64,000 bases of DNA from a virus: positions 7,814 to 71,813 of the IMG/VR virus record IMGVR_UViG_3300046534_001281; one strand, 5' to 3'. The notes under the pieces were generated by a model, which saw only the letters and a program-made list of their open reading frames with translations, did no database searches and was not told the origin of the DNA. Made by a program: the position numbers and the translations under genes. Shown here in pieces: positions 29,131-39,047 of the stretch (position 1 is its first letter; every line of letters starts with the position of its first letter).

Positions 29131-29643
29131 ATGAATAAAACACTGAAAGACCTACTACAGGAGAAAGAAGAAAATGAATTTTCTATCGCGGAAGCAAAAA
29201 AACAAATCGAAAAAGAAGCTGCGGCTTTTTATGAACAATACCTTAAAGGTCGATTTAATAAGTTCCCTGAAGGAAAAGGGGCCAATATGGTGGTCACCTA
29301 TGAAGAAAATGGACACCAGTTTTGGGCTGTAAATGATATTGTATTAGAAGATGGGTATTGTATCTTTTTTGAATCAACCGCTTCGGGTATACAATATCCG
29401 GCTAATATGTTGAACCTAAGGCCAGAACTGGGCAACGGTTATCTAGGAGATGCAGAGGATTCCGAAACAGGGCCTTTTGATATCGCCAATCTTTTGGCAA
29501 GTTTGGAGAGGATTGTAGAAGAGGGATTTGCGGTCCCCGAAAACTCCAACCTAACGGCTACTGGATTTGCGGTCCCCGAAAACTCCAACCTAACGGCTAC
29601 TAATCTGGAAAAGCTTTATACCGTGTTGCATCCAAAAGGGTAA
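29131..29643 (+). CDS. hypothetical protein with 13-aa tandem duplication
   Basis: Early promoter; GFAVPENSNLTAT x2. Confidence 0.6.
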   Translation: MNKTLKDLLQEKEENEFSIAEAKKQIEKEAAAFYEQYLKGRFNKFPEGKGANMVVTYEENGHQFWAVNDIVLEDGYCIFFESTASGIQYPANMLNLRPELGNGYLGDAEDSETGPFDIANLLASLERIVEEGFAVPENSNLTATGFAVPENSNLTATNLEKLYTVLHPKG

Positions 29644-30126
29644 GCCTATTGGCAATTATATATGTTGGAATCACACAACAAGATGTGTAAAGTAATTCTG
29701 ATAGTTGTTACCCTTCTGACTCCTTCTTGTGTTAGTAGTCATATAAGGAAAGCAGAGGGTTCTGAAAATATCAGGAACCTACCGATTATTCGCAATTTGC
29801 ATTGACCGTATCAATCGCTTTGGGCATCCAATTTAATTTAATATAATGATCCTTTTTACTTGGTTTGTATCCCTTTTCGTTAAAGATAAAATATGTCAGT
29901 GGTCGGATATCAACAGTGTTGGGGTTGGCCCAATCACCAGCCGCATCTGTAAATACGGCAGAGAGAAAGCATATCTCTTCCAACATAATGATGGTAGATA
30001 TTTTCCTAGTTTTATGGACAACACACCAGAACATCCTAATTTTTCTTTTGAAGATCTGGATGAAGCAAAAGAATTTGTCGAAGACTACTTGACACAATCC
30101 AAATAACCTGCTAACATACCATAGTA

Positions 30127-31581
30127 ATGAGCCTACTAACAATCCTAAACCAAATCTCCAGCGTAAGCGGAACCAACGACAAGTTGGATATTCTCCGCGA
30201 CAACAAAGACAATGCCTTTTTGAAGGAGGTATTTTATTACGCACTCAACCCACATATTAACTTCTACCTTCAAGAGAAATCTATTCCTGAAATTGGAGTC
30301 CCTTTTGAAGATATTATTTTAGATGAGCAATCACTTGATTCATACCTTAGTCCTTTCTACAACAGAGAAGTTACGGGGAATGCAGCCAAAGAATTGCTGG
30401 CTACGCATTTCAATTATTTGTCTAATGACAATGCCGAAGTTTTGAAGCGAATCATTCTCAAAGATTTGAAATGTGGTATTTCGGGGAAGGGTGCTAATAA
30501 AGTTTGGAAAGGTCTGATTCCAGAATTTGGTTACATGCGTTGCTCCGGTCCTAATAAGGAAGGTAATATCAAATACCCCGCTATTGTGCAGACCAAAGCT
30601 GATGGTGCGTTTTGTAACGTCATCATCCGTAACGGAGTGGTTGAGTTTTTGACTCGGAATGGAAGTCCTTTTTTGTTACCAACTCTTGCAGATGTATTTC
30701 TTACACTAGGTGCGGACAACATGGTCTTTACCGGAGAGCTAACAGTTCTTGACGGTGAAGGGAAAGTTCTAAATCGTAAAACGGGGAACGGTATGGTTAA
30801 TAAGCTAATCAAAAGAGACCAAACCACAGAAAGCCACGAAGAAAAACTCAGAAATGCCAATCCAAAACAGCGGGTAAGGCTTAATGAAAAATTTGAGAAA
30901 CATGTTGGGGATCTTGAGATGATCGAGGATCACACCATTATCGACTTATGGGACGCAATTCCCCTTGATCTGTGGGAAGGTGGTTTGGATAAGACACCTT
31001 ACGTTAAAAGGATGGAGAATCTAATTTTTCATATGTTCACAAATGATCGCAAGAAGATCAATATCATCGAAACCAAAAGAGTTAATAACAAGATTCAAGC
31101 ACAAGATTTTTACGGACGAATGATTGCCGAAGGTAAGGAAGGAGCAGTTCTTAAAAACACCGACATGCCTTGGAAGGATGGCACATCCACACAACAGGTA
31201 AAACTTAAACAAGTTTTGGATTGTGATCTAGAAATCGTCGGTTGGTATAAGGGGAAGCAAGAATCGGAATTCAAGCACGGCATCGGAGGATTCAATCTAA
31301 GAAGCTCTTGTGGTCTTCTGGAGGTGAATGTCGGATCGGGTCTAACAAGAGCCGAGAGAGGCTTAGAGCTTGCCAATCCAGACAATGTGGCTGAAGGACT
31401 CCAACCCATTGCAGGATTTGACTTTGATCAATACACCGGTAAGATTGCCGCTATCCAATTCAACGAATGCGGTCAAGCCAAAGGAAAAGAAATTTGGAGT
31501 TTGTTCCTTCCAATCCTTGTAGAAGTTCGGGAAGATAAGACCGAAGCTGATGATCTGGTAAAAATCCAAAGTCAGAAATAA
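30127..31581 (+). CDS. gp30: ATP-dependent DNA ligase
   Basis: QTKADG, FTGEL, EGAVLK, VKLK, VNVGSG, SLFLP..VREDK. Confidence 0.95.
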   Translation: MSLLTILNQISSVSGTNDKLDILRDNKDNAFLKEVFYYALNPHINFYLQEKSIPEIGVPFEDIILDEQSLDSYLSPFYNREVTGNAAKELLATHFNYLSNDNAEVLKRIILKDLKCGISGKGANKVWKGLIPEFGYMRCSGPNKEGNIKYPAIVQTKADGAFCNVIIRNGVVEFLTRNGSPFLLPTLADVFLTLGADNMVFTGELTVLDGEGKVLNRKTGNGMVNKLIKRDQTTESHEEKLRNANPKQRVRLNEKFEKHVGDLEMIEDHTIIDLWDAIPLDLWEGGLDKTPYVKRMENLIFHMFTNDRKKINIIETKRVNNKIQAQDFYGRMIAEGKEGAVLKNTDMPWKDGTSTQQVKLKQVLDCDLEIVGWYKGKQESEFKHGIGGFNLRSSCGLLEVNVGSGLTRAERGLELANPDNVAEGLQPIAGFDFDQYTGKIAAIQFNECGQAKGKEIWSLFLPILVEVREDKTEADDLVKIQSQK

Positions 31582-31620
31582 CTTGACTCAAGCAGTAAAG
31601 TGTGTTTAAGTAACCCTGTT

Positions 31621-32031
31621 ATGAAAAATAAATACGGATATATTTCGCTAGAATCCCACCCCTTCTCGGAAGCGGAGGATATTTTAACCAAGGCATGCGA
31701 GGTTAGTAGATTTCATGGAAGGAAATTGATGTGGCTGAGGTTGATAAGACACGGTGGCTCGAAATTAGTATGTCCATACACAAGTAAAACCCCACACACC
31801 ATTAGACACGACCTAAGAAATCAAAAACGTGGTGGTTATACTTTTCACTGGAATATTTATTCTGAAGACGGGTCGCTACTGACCATTGACCACATCATTC
31901 CACAATCAAAAGAAGGAAGTAAAACTCACATCTCCAACCTCCAAGTTATGGAGTCTGCCGCAAATCGCGAAAAAGGCGATTTGGATGTTGATTCTAATTG
32001 GAAGGCTATTAATAATGGAACAGGCAAATAA
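31621..32031 (+). CDS. HNH endonuclease
   Basis: LTIDHIIPQSKEG..NLQVM..AN..KG; start at GTT-ATG 31621. Confidence 0.8.
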   Translation: MKNKYGYISLESHPFSEAEDILTKACEVSRFHGRKLMWLRLIRHGGSKLVCPYTSKTPHTIRHDLRNQKRGGYTFHWNIYSEDGSLLTIDHIIPQSKEGSKTHISNLQVMESAANREKGDLDVDSNWKAINNGTGK

Positions 32032-32195
32032 AAAACTCATCCTATGTTCGTATCAACTTCCTCGGGAGTCGGGTGAATATGACATTAAAAATAATTCAGG
32101 ATGCAATAACGGCGAAGGTCGAATGTATTTTGATCCTAAAACTGGCTGGGATATCCCCGACATGATTAAATCATTTTATAAAGTAATTGGTTGGT

Positions 32196-32672
32196 ATGAA
32201 AAAGAAACAATTTTTAGTTGAGATCGAAATTCCTGATGGAACAGGTGATCTGTGCTGGGACCAAGACGAAACAGGCTTGCAAGCATTTCATGATTGTGTT
32301 GCCAGTGTTTTGTGTCAAGTTAGTTTTCAACAGCTTATATCAGCACTAGCCGAAAGACAAGAGTATCAAGACTTTATCAAAAGACAAAATGATGTCAGAG
32401 ATTCATTTAAAGTAATCGAACCAATCGCAGATTCTTGTAGAACCAAATTCACCACAGAAGAAATCCGAGAATACATTAAGGGATTCACATGGGCTGATGG
32501 TGATGGCGAGGTTACTGGTGCTGATTTGCATAACGCATACCTAATGCTTGAAGACCACCAAGATGGTATTGAAGGCTACTTCGAAAGACAAGACTATTAC
32601 AAACAACAATCTGAAGAGCGTATCGCAATCCAAGAAATGGAAAGGGAGGAGCTTGAGGATGACTATATTTAA
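32196..32672 (+). CDS. hypothetical protein
   Basis: ORF in operon. Confidence 0.55.
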   Translation: MKKKQFLVEIEIPDGTGDLCWDQDETGLQAFHDCVASVLCQVSFQQLISALAERQEYQDFIKRQNDVRDSFKVIEPIADSCRTKFTTEEIREYIKGFTWADGDGEVTGADLHNAYLMLEDHQDGIEGYFERQDYYKQQSEERIAIQEMEREELEDDYI

Positions 32673-32687
32673 AACAAAAATACAAAA

Positions 32688-33092
32688 ATGAACTACAACA
32701 AAGCAATTATTGCCGGAAATCTCACAGCAGACCCTAATATTCGAGAAACAAAAAAAGGAACGATTGTAGCACAATTCTCTTTGGCTCTTAACCATAGGCG
32801 AAAGGATGGTTCAGAAGAGACTTCCTTTATTGATGTAACTTTCTTCGGAAAGAATGCAGAAACAATTAGGGATCACGTCACTAAAGGTCGGAACATCCTC
32901 GTTGAAGGTCGTTTGAAGCAGGAAACTTGGGATGCTCACGATGGAACCAAACGTTCAAAGGTCGTTGTGATCGGTGAAACTTTTAAGTTCATTGAAACTT
33001 TTAAGTTCATTGATTCCCTAAAAAAGCAAGACGTTGTAAAACCAGCCCAAAAATCTGGTGCAAAATATGACGTTGAAGATATTCCTTTTTAG
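32688..33092 (+). CDS. ssb: bacterial-type single-stranded DNA-binding protein
   Basis: NKAIIAGNLTADP, KGRNILVEGRL, C-term DIPF. Confidence 0.95.
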   Translation: MNYNKAIIAGNLTADPNIRETKKGTIVAQFSLALNHRRKDGSEETSFIDVTFFGKNAETIRDHVTKGRNILVEGRLKQETWDAHDGTKRSKVVVIGETFKFIETFKFIDSLKKQDVVKPAQKSGAKYDVEDIPF

Positions 33093-33125
33093 GATACTTC
33101 ATTATTGAAATAGATAATTAACATT

Positions 33126-33914
33126 ATGAACACAAATAATTTTGACAAAAAAATAAAGAGCATTTTCGAAAATGCTATAGCAACAAGGGACCATACCATC
33201 GAATTGTTTAAAGACACTAGAAGTGGGCGTAAGCTTTCTAAGAAAAAGGCTCAAGAGATTTTTAGTAATACCATTTTAGCTGAATCTGTTTTTAACGTCC
33301 AACTATATGAGGCGGCAGAAACTAGTGATATCCAATTCGAAATCTCAGAACCCGAAAACCCAAATATAGAGTTGTTGGAGTTCTTTGCTGAATCTCTAAG
33401 AACAACTTACCGAGCATTTACACTAGAACAATACACTGTCGAAGAGATGAAGGCTTTTAGAGTATTTGTTGTTTCGGTTGGCGGCGAAATTAAAGAAGCT
33501 GGTTTTGCTTTGAAACCTTATAACGGGGGTGCTCATAGTGAAGTTGTTGCGGTTCATAAAAACCCGTTGTCAGGAAATATTGGTAAAGTTGCCGATGTAT
33601 TCATGAAGGAATCCAAGAGGGAAGGTGGTAAATTTTTAGACCATTTTGATGGGCCACTTTCGAACATTTATGATTTGAATGGATTTAGTGTCTATAAAAT
33701 ATACGAATGGGATGACCAGTATATGCCCGATGGTTGGAACAAGTCAGAAGAAGCAATTAATATTCGTGAACAAAAAACCATTTATAGTCCCTTTGTAGGT
33801 ATTGAAGATGCGGATATTAAGATTGACTACTATAGTTTCAAAGGGTTTTCCTTCGAAAGGAAGTTCGCCCAATACAGAACTGGTGCGGTTGACGTTGTAG
33901 CCCGAAAGATCTAA
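33126..33914 (+). CDS. late GNAT-like protein, putative internal head protein
   Basis: TAATTA-N5-ATG; N-term FDKKIKSIFE; GGKFLDHFDG.LSNIY..NGF..WDDQYMPDGW. Confidence 0.5.
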   Translation: MNTNNFDKKIKSIFENAIATRDHTIELFKDTRSGRKLSKKKAQEIFSNTILAESVFNVQLYEAAETSDIQFEISEPENPNIELLEFFAESLRTTYRAFTLEQYTVEEMKAFRVFVVSVGGEIKEAGFALKPYNGGAHSEVVAVHKNPLSGNIGKVADVFMKESKREGGKFLDHFDGPLSNIYDLNGFSVYKIYEWDDQYMPDGWNKSEEAINIREQKTIYSPFVGIEDADIKIDYYSFKGFSFERKFAQYRTGAVDVVARKI

Positions 33915-33933
33915 AATAAATTACTTTTAACTG

Positions 33934-33963
33934 GACAAGGTAACCTTAATCGGTTACCTTGTC
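33934..33963 (+). promoter_or_regulatory. palindromic early promoter cassette
   Basis: GACAAGGTAACC-ttaatc-GGTTACCTTGTC; -35 TGGACA, -10 TACCTT. Confidence 0.8.
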
Positions 33964-34028
33964 TTCGTTATGAAAAAAGGAACCATTAAACATCTCCGAG
34001 CCACATGCCCAAGAATAAGTCTAAAACA

Positions 34029-34295
34029 ATGACTCGTAGAAAATATATACAGGACTTAATCCATGAGCGGTTGTGTGTATCGGTTAAGTATTCTCCTCTT
34101 ACGGATGATGAGAAAAAACGTTTGAGGGAATTGCGCGGTATCTTAGAAAAGGTAAACGTGTCTCCCAGAATTGTAAATTGGGGTCTTTGGAAGGTTCACG
34201 TTTATCGCTATCCTCGTAGCTGGATTGCTACAATCGGACGGAGACAAATAGGCGGAACAAATCTAAAAGAATTGTTGACTTATCCCAAAAAATAG
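34029..34295 (+). CDS. hypothetical protein
   Basis: Start overlaps (ATGA) the stop of a 20-aa ORF at 33970. Confidence 0.5.
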   Translation: MTRRKYIQDLIHERLCVSVKYSPLTDDEKKRLRELRGILEKVNVSPRIVNWGLWKVHVYRYPRSWIATIGRRQIGGTNLKELLTYPKK

Positions 34296-34312
34296 AGTAA
34301 CTTAAAGTTGTT

Positions 34313-34777
34313 ATGAATGAAAAAGATTTAGATTTAAACCTTGATGGATTCAAGGTTGGGGCGCAACTTGCTGTTGTCAAGATTAAAGGGGGTATCCTAG
34401 AGTATTGCGGTCTACGGAAAATATACTTATGGGATAAACTTATGGGATTTTGGAGAACCGAGGGGAATATGAAAATTCCTGTTGACGGTAAAGGTTATTA
34501 TGCCATGTCTCCAAACAAGAACAAGCCTCATTTTTATTATAGTGCAAATCCTGAGCATATCCTTGCTGCGAAAGATTCTGCTACAAAAGCAAAGGCTATT
34601 CGTATCAAAAAAGATGCGGTAGAATTGGCTCGTTTTAATGAGTTTGAGGGTAAGCTGAATGCTCTTTTGAAGGAGTATGGTGCTGAAATTGGAGCAGAGC
34701 AACTTAGCGGTGATGACCAAGGCGTTGAAGTTGGCTGGTATATTTCTTTAGGAAAAAATAATAAAGAAATGATTTAA
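34313..34777 (+). CDS. early hypothetical protein
   Basis: TTGACT..TAACTT..GTT-ATG. Confidence 0.65.
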   Translation: MNEKDLDLNLDGFKVGAQLAVVKIKGGILEYCGLRKIYLWDKLMGFWRTEGNMKIPVDGKGYYAMSPNKNKPHFYYSANPEHILAAKDSATKAKAIRIKKDAVELARFNEFEGKLNALLKEYGAEIGAEQLSGDDQGVEVGWYISLGKNNKEMI

Positions 34778-34819
34778 ACCATTTTAATCTAGACAAGGTA
34801 GCAATAACGTGTCTTCGTT

Positions 34820-35311
34820 ATGAACGATAAAACACCACAACGTCTCCCGATCTCAGCCGCAAACCGACCAGTGGAGGTCATTAGCTATTGGAAATCCACT
34901 GGGGGATTACTGTTAAACCCCCCTTATCAAAGAGGGGATGTTTGGGGTAAAATTCGCCAAAGAAATTTGATAAGGTCCGTTATTATAGGCATTCCGATTC
35001 CAGCAATTATTATTAATGACCGAGCGAGGGCTGGGTGGGACGAACTAATTGATTGTGCGGTAATCGACGGAAAGCAACGCATGACCGCGATTTTGGATTT
35101 CTTAGAAAGTAAATTGGAAGTGCCCGCTTGTTGGTTCGGTCTTGGGGATGGTAACATGCTGTTTAAAGACCTCCCTATTGGTCGTCAGCGATGTTTTAGG
35201 AGCATACCAATACCCTTTGCCGAAGGTCAATTAGAGAGCTTAGAGGCGGAACAAGAAGTGTTTGAGCTTGTTAATTTCGGAGGAGTGCCGCAAGGGGAGA
35301 GTGATTTTTAA
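34820..35311 (+). CDS. stand-alone DUF262 (ParB/Srx-like) domain protein
   Basis: PPYQRGDVW, IPIPAI, VIDGKQR, FELVN. Confidence 0.85.
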   Translation: MNDKTPQRLPISAANRPVEVISYWKSTGGLLLNPPYQRGDVWGKIRQRNLIRSVIIGIPIPAIIINDRARAGWDELIDCAVIDGKQRMTAILDFLESKLEVPACWFGLGDGNMLFKDLPIGRQRCFRSIPIPFAEGQLESLEAEQEVFELVNFGGVPQGESDF

Positions 35312-35369
35312 ATAAACTCATTTTAATCTGGACAAGGTAGCTTTAATAGGCTACCTTGTCTTCGTTATG
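35309..35369 (+). repeat. stop-promoter-start cassette, copy near-identical to 36564-36625
   Basis: TAA-ATAAACTCATTTTAATCTG-GACAAGGTAGC-tttaatag-GCTACCTTGTC-TTCGTT-ATG. Confidence 0.9.
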
Positions 35370-36566
35370 AACAACGTCACCATCCCAACCAGCCGACTTG
35401 CAGAGTTCAACAAGAACATCCTCAAGCTTAATAAGAAAGCTGCCCGTCTCAACTTTCCTGTAGTCGAGGTTGAAATTGGAGTTCCTCGCTTTGAAACTCA
35501 AATCATCCGTTCTGTATTTGATAAGGATGGAACTGAACATACCGTTGAAGTTGTTGACATCGCTTTCAGTGACGTGTCCCTTGGTTTTGAGGTCTACAAG
35601 CTCATCGGTTTGACTGAAAATGTTGAAGGTATCGATATCCTCCACAACTTCACCGAAGGTCTTGTAGACCTCTCAGAGGAGCGCGGAACATGTGCTTGTG
35701 ATCACTGTAACATCAATCGTCGTCGCAACAAAGTGTTCTTCGTTTCCAAGAAAGGTGAAGATGGTTTCAAGCGTGTTGGTTCGTCTTGTGTCAAGGATTT
35801 CTTCCCATTTGAATCTGGTAATATTCTTCAGCGATTCAACTTCATCGAAGACATCTTCCAATTCTTCAACGATAGCAGAGGCTGGGATTGTTTCGGTGAT
35901 AACACACCAAGAGCATATCGGGTTGACGACATCTTGGCCTTGACATGCCGTTTGGCGCGGGAGGCTGGATACACTTCAGGCAGAAAAGCTGAAGAATACG
36001 GATACCAATCAACCAAGGCACAGGTTTTGGATGTTTTCTTTGACAAGAAGAAAAGCATGGATCTCACCGATGCCGATATCACGAAAGCAGAGCGGATTCT
36101 GGAGTGGTTTAATTCTAATGATGAGGAATCCTCATATTTCGAGAACTGCCGCCAGATCGTCGCTAAGGGCTACTGTGCATCAAAACTGATCGGCTACATC
36201 GTCGGTCTATATGGTGCTTGGAATTACTTCACACAAAAGAAGGAAGCAGCTAAAGCAAATACTTCAAAACATATCGAGAAGACAGGGAAACGTCAGAATT
36301 TCCAAGGTGTTATTGAGTCTGTGAAAACCTTCGAATCTGCGTATGGCGTTGGTTATATCACCAGAGTAAATTGTGACGGCAATGTTGTGATTTACTTCAA
36401 CCAACTCAATATCAAAGATTTCTCTTATTCTGATTTGGAAGACTTCGTAGGACTGGTAGTTAATTTCGATGCCGCTGTCAAGGAACACTCGGAGTTCAAC
36501 GAGGTGAAGCAAACCCAAATCTCAAGAGCTACCAAGGTGAAGTTGCTCGAAGAGGCAACGGTGTAA
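35367..36566 (+). CDS. conserved early phage protein (CDHC Zn motif, C-terminal OB-like domain)
   Basis: CDHCNINRRRN, VGSSCVKDF, VKEHSEFNEVKQTQISR. Confidence 0.7.
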   Translation: MNNVTIPTSRLAEFNKNILKLNKKAARLNFPVVEVEIGVPRFETQIIRSVFDKDGTEHTVEVVDIAFSDVSLGFEVYKLIGLTENVEGIDILHNFTEGLVDLSEERGTCACDHCNINRRRNKVFFVSKKGEDGFKRVGSSCVKDFFPFESGNILQRFNFIEDIFQFFNDSRGWDCFGDNTPRAYRVDDILALTCRLAREAGYTSGRKAEEYGYQSTKAQVLDVFFDKKKSMDLTDADITKAERILEWFNSNDEESSYFENCRQIVAKGYCASKLIGYIVGLYGAWNYFTQKKEAAKANTSKHIEKTGKRQNFQGVIESVKTFESAYGVGYITRVNCDGNVVIYFNQLNIKDFSYSDLEDFVGLVVNFDAAVKEHSEFNEVKQTQISRATKVKLLEEATV

Positions 36567-36625
36567 AATAAACTCATTTTAATCTGGACAAGGTAGCTTT
36601 AATAGGCTACCTTGTCTTCGTTATG
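36564..36625 (+). repeat. stop-promoter-start cassette
   Basis: Direct repeat of 35309-35369. Confidence 0.9.
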
Positions 36626-36829
36626 GAGATCGATTTTTTATACCAGTTGGCGCACCGCCATTTAATGCATATGGATGACCCTTGGCGATGTGATTTTTGT
36701 GATTCGGGGTGTAACTGTGATCAAATAAATCTCGAAGGTTTAGCCGAGGATAACACCAGTCTCTTTCCAGATAAAACCTTACCTGAGGTTATATTATTGA
36801 TTCAAGACAAGTATTTCGATATTTCTTAA
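36623..36829 (+). CDS. small Cys-rich early protein
   Basis: Starts at the cassette ATG. Confidence 0.6.
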   Translation: MEIDFLYQLAHRHLMHMDDPWRCDFCDSGCNCDQINLEGLAEDNTSLFPDKTLPEVILLIQDKYFDIS

Positions 36830-36885
36830 AATATCCCATCTTAATTCTTGACAAATAACGAAAAATAGAATAAGTTCTAATCGTT

Positions 36886-37227
36886 ATGAGAAACAACCTA
36901 CTAGCCAAAGATCGCAAGAGAATCAACAACATCCTTGCCAAGAATGATTTCACTTCAGGTCGTAACCGCTCAAAGTCCGTCTGTGGCGTTATTTCGGTCC
37001 TTACAGAGCTTTTGTCTGATAATGGTATCAGCTTAGACATGATCACTGGAGACCAGCTACTAGCCTCTACGGGGACTCTACGGGCTAGTTTTCGCCCAAC
37101 CCATACGGAACCATTCGAGGAACATCCTCAGTTTGAAAATAGCATCGTTTCTTTCTCTTGGCACACTGATCCTAGAGATGGTCTGGTTGACCTTTCCAAG
37201 GCTGAAGTTGTCGCATACCTTTCCTAA
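36886..37227 (+). CDS. early hypothetical protein
   Basis: Early promoter GTT-ATG; C-term EVVAYLS. Confidence 0.65.
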   Translation: MRNNLLAKDRKRINNILAKNDFTSGRNRSKSVCGVISVLTELLSDNGISLDMITGDQLLASTGTLRASFRPTHTEPFEEHPQFENSIVSFSWHTDPRDGLVDLSKAEVVAYLS

Positions 37228-37260
37228 AATTAAATTTAAATTTAAACTTAAAATATTGTT

Positions 37261-37743
37261 ATGACTACTAAAGAAGAAATGAAGCAAATTCTTTCAGATA
37301 TGCAGACCGATCCAGCCAAATTTGTGGAGCATTTGGCTTCTCTAGTCACTCTATGTGAGGATATCTGTAAAGACCCCGAGCCACCAAAACCTGTTGTGGC
37401 AGAGCGATACGCAATCAGGGTTGCAGATCGCTCCAATAGAACTCACTATTATCTTAGAGGAGCTTTCGCGGGACAAGAGTATTGGACCAAGGATGCGACA
37501 GATCCCTTTATTCTCGTCAGTTCTAAGGAAGGTGCGGAAGCAGCTATTGTGGAACTCGATTCACTAAATCGGGCAGAAATGGTCAAACGAGACTTGGTAA
37601 TTCGCCCAACAAATTATTCAGAATTCATCCCTGCATCTGGAAGTTTTTATATAGAACTGACCAATCCAAAAGAAAGCAACCAAAAGCAACCACCAGAACC
37701 CGATTGTAAGTTCTGTGATGGTGGCCATACTTACGCTGGTTAA
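37261..37743 (+). CDS. early hypothetical protein
   Basis: GTT-ATG start. Confidence 0.6.
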   Translation: MTTKEEMKQILSDMQTDPAKFVEHLASLVTLCEDICKDPEPPKPVVAERYAIRVADRSNRTHYYLRGAFAGQEYWTKDATDPFILVSSKEGAEAAIVELDSLNRAEMVKRDLVIRPTNYSEFIPASGSFYIELTNPKESNQKQPPEPDCKFCDGGHTYAG

Positions 37744-37799
37744 AATAAACTCATTTTAATCTGGACAAACGTTCAAAAATAAGTTAACTTATCTTCGTT

Positions 37800-38318
37800 A
37801 TGAGAATTAAATTTGCAGCAGAGAGTTCACCAAGATTTACTAACCACGGGTGTATTGGTGATGGGTGGGGCGTAGATCTTATCAAGATGGTAAAAGAAGG
37901 TTTGAAGCAAATCACCCACACCCACTCGAAACTTCTAGTCAAAAGCGCACTTCGGAAAGCGATTTCAACTAAAGATCCACACTCTTTCTGGAACGCTCTC
38001 AGTAAGAAGGAAGCTAACCATATTCGCATCGCAGCAAAGCGCATGGTGTCGGGTAGGTATAGCCCAACTCAACTTCTTAATTGGAGGGAAGCTCAATCAG
38101 GGTGTCTCAAAGATTCTCTGGATCATATTTTGGAAATCTTGGCTTACAAATTTGACCACGATTCGTATCTTGCGGATTATGTTCGGGGCTACCGTTTCTA
38201 CGGTATGTCAAATGAGGATGCAACTCTCCGTTTTGAAAAATACCATCAAGGGCTTTTAGATATAGAATACGTTAAAAACGTATACGATGGTGTTAAATAT
38301 TGGGGAAATAAAAAGTAG
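37800..38318 (+). CDS. early hypothetical protein
   Basis: Preceded by a cassette-type promoter 37741-37799. Confidence 0.65.
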   Translation: MRIKFAAESSPRFTNHGCIGDGWGVDLIKMVKEGLKQITHTHSKLLVKSALRKAISTKDPHSFWNALSKKEANHIRIAAKRMVSGRYSPTQLLNWREAQSGCLKDSLDHILEILAYKFDHDSYLADYVRGYRFYGMSNEDATLRFEKYHQGLLDIEYVKNVYDGVKYWGNKK

Positions 38319-38571
38319 GATTAATTATTATGAAAAAACATCAGATTAACGTATGTTTCGAAGACGGGTATATTGTTTTTAGGAATATATACGGAGAGTT
38401 GTTGTGGTCGGAATTTTCCGATGACCTTACGGATTTTCCTGTAGCGGTAGATCTTACTGAAGTAATAGACCGTAAAGACAAATCGGTAGATAGAGTGAAG
38501 AAGTCTGGAAAGTTTGAGATTCAAGCGACTTATAAATGTGGACAAAGAACAAATTAATTTATTTTAATGTG

Positions 38572-38601
38572 GACAAGGTAACCTTAATCGGTTACCTTGT
38601 C
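38572..38601 (+). promoter_or_regulatory. palindromic early promoter cassette
   Basis: Same palindrome as 33934-33963. Confidence 0.8.
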
Positions 38602-38607
38602 TACGTT

Positions 38608-38991
38608 ATGAACAACGTCACCATCCCAACCAGCCGACATAAAATCACTCAAGTCCTTGCTTACATCGATGATGTTTGGGCTTACAACAATCCAGAGATG
38701 TGCGATATGGATAATCCAACTGGTGATATTTATCATCGTCGTTGTTTGATTGTCGCGACTACTGAAGGTGGTCGCCGTTTCATCCTCCAAGATTTTAATA
38801 AAGATCCCGAAGATATTGATAAGGCTGAGTCTTTCGCAAAGCGCATTCTCGCAGTTGGTTCAATTGATTTGGCACGTTGGAACGAGACTTACGAGGTTTA
38901 TGGTTCTTCTGATTGGCAGTTTGCCGACCAGCAACGACAGTTTGCTCATGAGAGCAACCCACACACCAAAGGGACCGTTCGGGATTATTAA
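38608..38991 (+). CDS. early hypothetical protein with N-terminus identical to the 35367 gene
   Basis: Start re-assigned to the cassette ATG; MNNVTIPTSR shared. Confidence 0.65.
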   Translation: MNNVTIPTSRHKITQVLAYIDDVWAYNNPEMCDMDNPTGDIYHRRCLIVATTEGGRRFILQDFNKDPEDIDKAESFAKRILAVGSIDLARWNETYEVYGSSDWQFADQQRQFAHESNPHTKGTVRDY

Positions 38992-39011
38992 AATAAAATA
39001 ACTTTTATCTA

Positions 39012-39041
39012 GACAAGGTAACATTAACGTGTTACCTTGTC
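39012..39041 (+). promoter_or_regulatory. palindromic early promoter cassette
   Basis: GACAAGGTAACA-ttaacg-TGTTACCTTGTC. Confidence 0.8.
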
Positions 39042-39047
39042 TTCGTT

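Noticed and set aside
13294-31581. Introns/inteins in gp20, gp23 or ligase
   Set aside because: Frames are continuous and no intein C..HN or LAGLIDADG motifs were seen; homing endonucleases here are free-standing
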